Source: Takakia lepidozioides (Eukaryota > Plantae > Bryophyta). Taken from it: a stretch of 64,000 nucleotides of DNA. Positions within the stretch are counted from its first letter, which is position 1. Every line of letters begins with the position of its first letter. Of this stretch, positions 62,033-64,000 are shown one piece after another. The notes under the pieces were generated by a model. It did no database searches, was not told where the DNA came from, and saw nothing but the letters and a program-made list of their open reading frames with translations. Location: assembly GCA_030704615.1 (NCBI GenBank), contig CM060733.1:71796001-71860000 (forward strand). The letters are read 5' to 3'. The translations under genes were made by a program, and so were the position numbers.

Positions 62033-64000
62033 TATCTCCCCCCCTAAAGCCTGTTGTTGTCACCCCTAAGGCTCCTATTTGTCTCAGTCTGTGTAAAAAT
62101 TAAGGGTACCCCACAGATCCCGTAAAAGCGTCTAAGTCCCAAGCAGTCCTCTAACAAGACCTTTCAACCATACTGCTTATGAATCTGTAATACTTTTGTT
62201 TCATGTGTGGTGCAACAACTTGGTGATGGGCGGTAAAATTACAAGTGCACATGTGGTGATGTCCACATTCAGAACAAATAACAGCACATCTGGATGGTTG
62301 AAGGCATAGCGCCCATGAGCTTCCAGCTCTAGCAAGAAAGAGTTTTATTTTTGGAAGGACCAAATAATGTGGGGGGGTTGCAAATCCATGCAAAGTACAC
62401 ACCCATAATGTGGACTGGTAATTAGTGTCTGTAACACATAATGGTCTTTGGATTGCTCACCTCAAGCCCCCCACACAAAGTATGTATGTTTTCAAAGAAA
62501 GGTCATCTCTACAATTCCAACTCGCAATCATGACAAAGCGGGGTGGTACATGCAGAGGGATGAAGCACCAAATCTCACAAACATGAGAAACAGAGAGAAA
62601 TCACAAAGCAAAAGATCAACTTTGGCTATATATGAATCTGGAATCTCCATGATTCTGAATTCATGGGTTCCGAGGTGCCACAGACCTTCTTGTGATTCAT
62701 GAACATTCTCCTCCACCATCACAAGTGGAAAATTGAGCAATAGAAGCCTCATCCCTGTCACAGTGAGGGTTTTTAAACAAGCCAAAAATAGAGTAACCAA
62801 CACACGAGCCCTCTCTATGAGTAAGTCAAAGCCATCATAAATAGGGCCACATACTGTCATGTGTGGAGGAATTGAACCTGTAGCCAACTGAATGGCTCTG
62901 CCCCATGCAGCACATGTGACCTGCAAGCACACAGTAAAAAAAGTGGGGGTTTACGAACTTGCCAAATCCCAAGCATGAACAGAGGGGTCCCATTAGTGGG
63001 GAAGACATGTGAGTCACCGTCCACAGTTGCAATGCCCATCAGATCCAACATGTGACTTGCTGTGCAGATTGTCCCCCGACTGCACCAAACCAAAACAAAC
63101 ATTATAAAGAAGTACATCCCCAACACATTGCACCCAACCCCCACAATCTGAACACAGGGAAAATAGAAAGCATGCTTTAGGAAAAAGAACAAGTGGAGTG
63201 GGGGAGTTGGCCGCTGGCTGAAGCACATGGTGCCTTTGATTTGGCAAGCATTTTGTACAATTGATTGTTCAACGTGAGTAATAGAGAGGGGGAGGGAGGA
63301 GCAGGGGCATCATAATTCAGTTCGTAGCTAGAGAGTAAGTAAGGCATGGATGTGGGAAGGGGGGGAGATAGTTGAGAGGTGGAGTAACACTTGAAGCAAC
63401 ATGACGCTATTGCCCTTTTACCAGGAATCATCTTCCTTGCTTCTACATTCACAGGGAAAATAACCACAACAAGTAGATGCTGCAGCACAGGATGTCCTGT
63501 GATTTGGGACTCAAAATGCCCCTCAGTGTGCCACTCAAAATGTCATATAATGCTATTGTCCTTTTACCAGGCCAGTGGCTGAAGCACAAGGTGTCCTGTG
63601 ATTTGGAACTCAAAATGTCACTCAGTGTGTCAGTTTAAATGTCAACATGACACTATTGTCCTTTTACCAGATGTAGTCATCTTCATCGCTACTATTTTCA
63701 CTACACTCATGGTCAGTGTTGCAATCCTCACTATCTCGGTGCCATGGTTCGTCCCTTCGTGGGGGCCTCATCATAGCAATAGTAGCCATCTCAGCTTCGG
63801 TAAGGGTCGTTGAAGGTCCAAATTCTGTGTTGGGATTCACATCCTCCAGTGCCTCCGCCACTTGCATCCTTACGCATGACTCATTCTCACCCAAGCTGAC
63901 ACCAGTGACATCATGTACCACGCGCCGTGAGCGCGGCTCCTTCTGAAGTACTACTTTCCAGTTACCAGTGTTGGAGGGCTCATCTGCAAAAAAAACTTGC

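Larger units (their letters stand above)
54589..62115 (-). mobile_element. Ty3/gypsy (non-chromovirus-like) retrotransposon, 3'-truncated; 5' boundary uncertain
   Basis: gag-PR-RT-RH-INT order; no second LTR found. Confidence 0.88.

Noticed and set aside
62150-64000. Possible exon fragments (62151..62402, 62528..62932, 63664..63921) and a short duplication near 63400-63670
   Set aside because: Could not assign a family from sequence alone

Overview
Eukaryotic, gene-poor, nested-transposon DNA. It is most likely from a land plant (a non-seed plant is an inference from the element types) and contains no intact host gene. It holds a LINE 5' part, CACTA fragments and non-autonomous elements, a tRNA-derived SINE, three Ty3/gypsy families (one a chromovirus), an isolated SEN1/UPF1-type helicase exon, and several copies of an unusual two-gene DNA transposon. 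The clearest copy (family B, 19171-30565, 11.4 kb) sits inside a gypsy gag, with imperfect TIRs and only a 3-5 bp target duplication. It encodes a spliced Mutator-type (MULE) DDE transposase with an N-terminal GCM/WRKY-like zinc domain and a C-terminal SWIM finger. Divergently, it encodes a multi-exon gene that fuses a ParB/Srx-like domain (WDGNHR) to a beta-class amino (N6A/N4C) DNA methyltransferase-like domain. A second, strongly diverged family (A, three partial copies) has the same head-to-head layout and matching intron positions; a third decayed ParB-gene copy and a non-autonomous derivative are also present. The six identified ends share a terminal signature SA-N5-GC-N5-CRTGAGC, and the elements carry arrays of family-specific palindromes, including in the same intron of the ParB gene. 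Domain calls are by motif recognition only; no database search was run.
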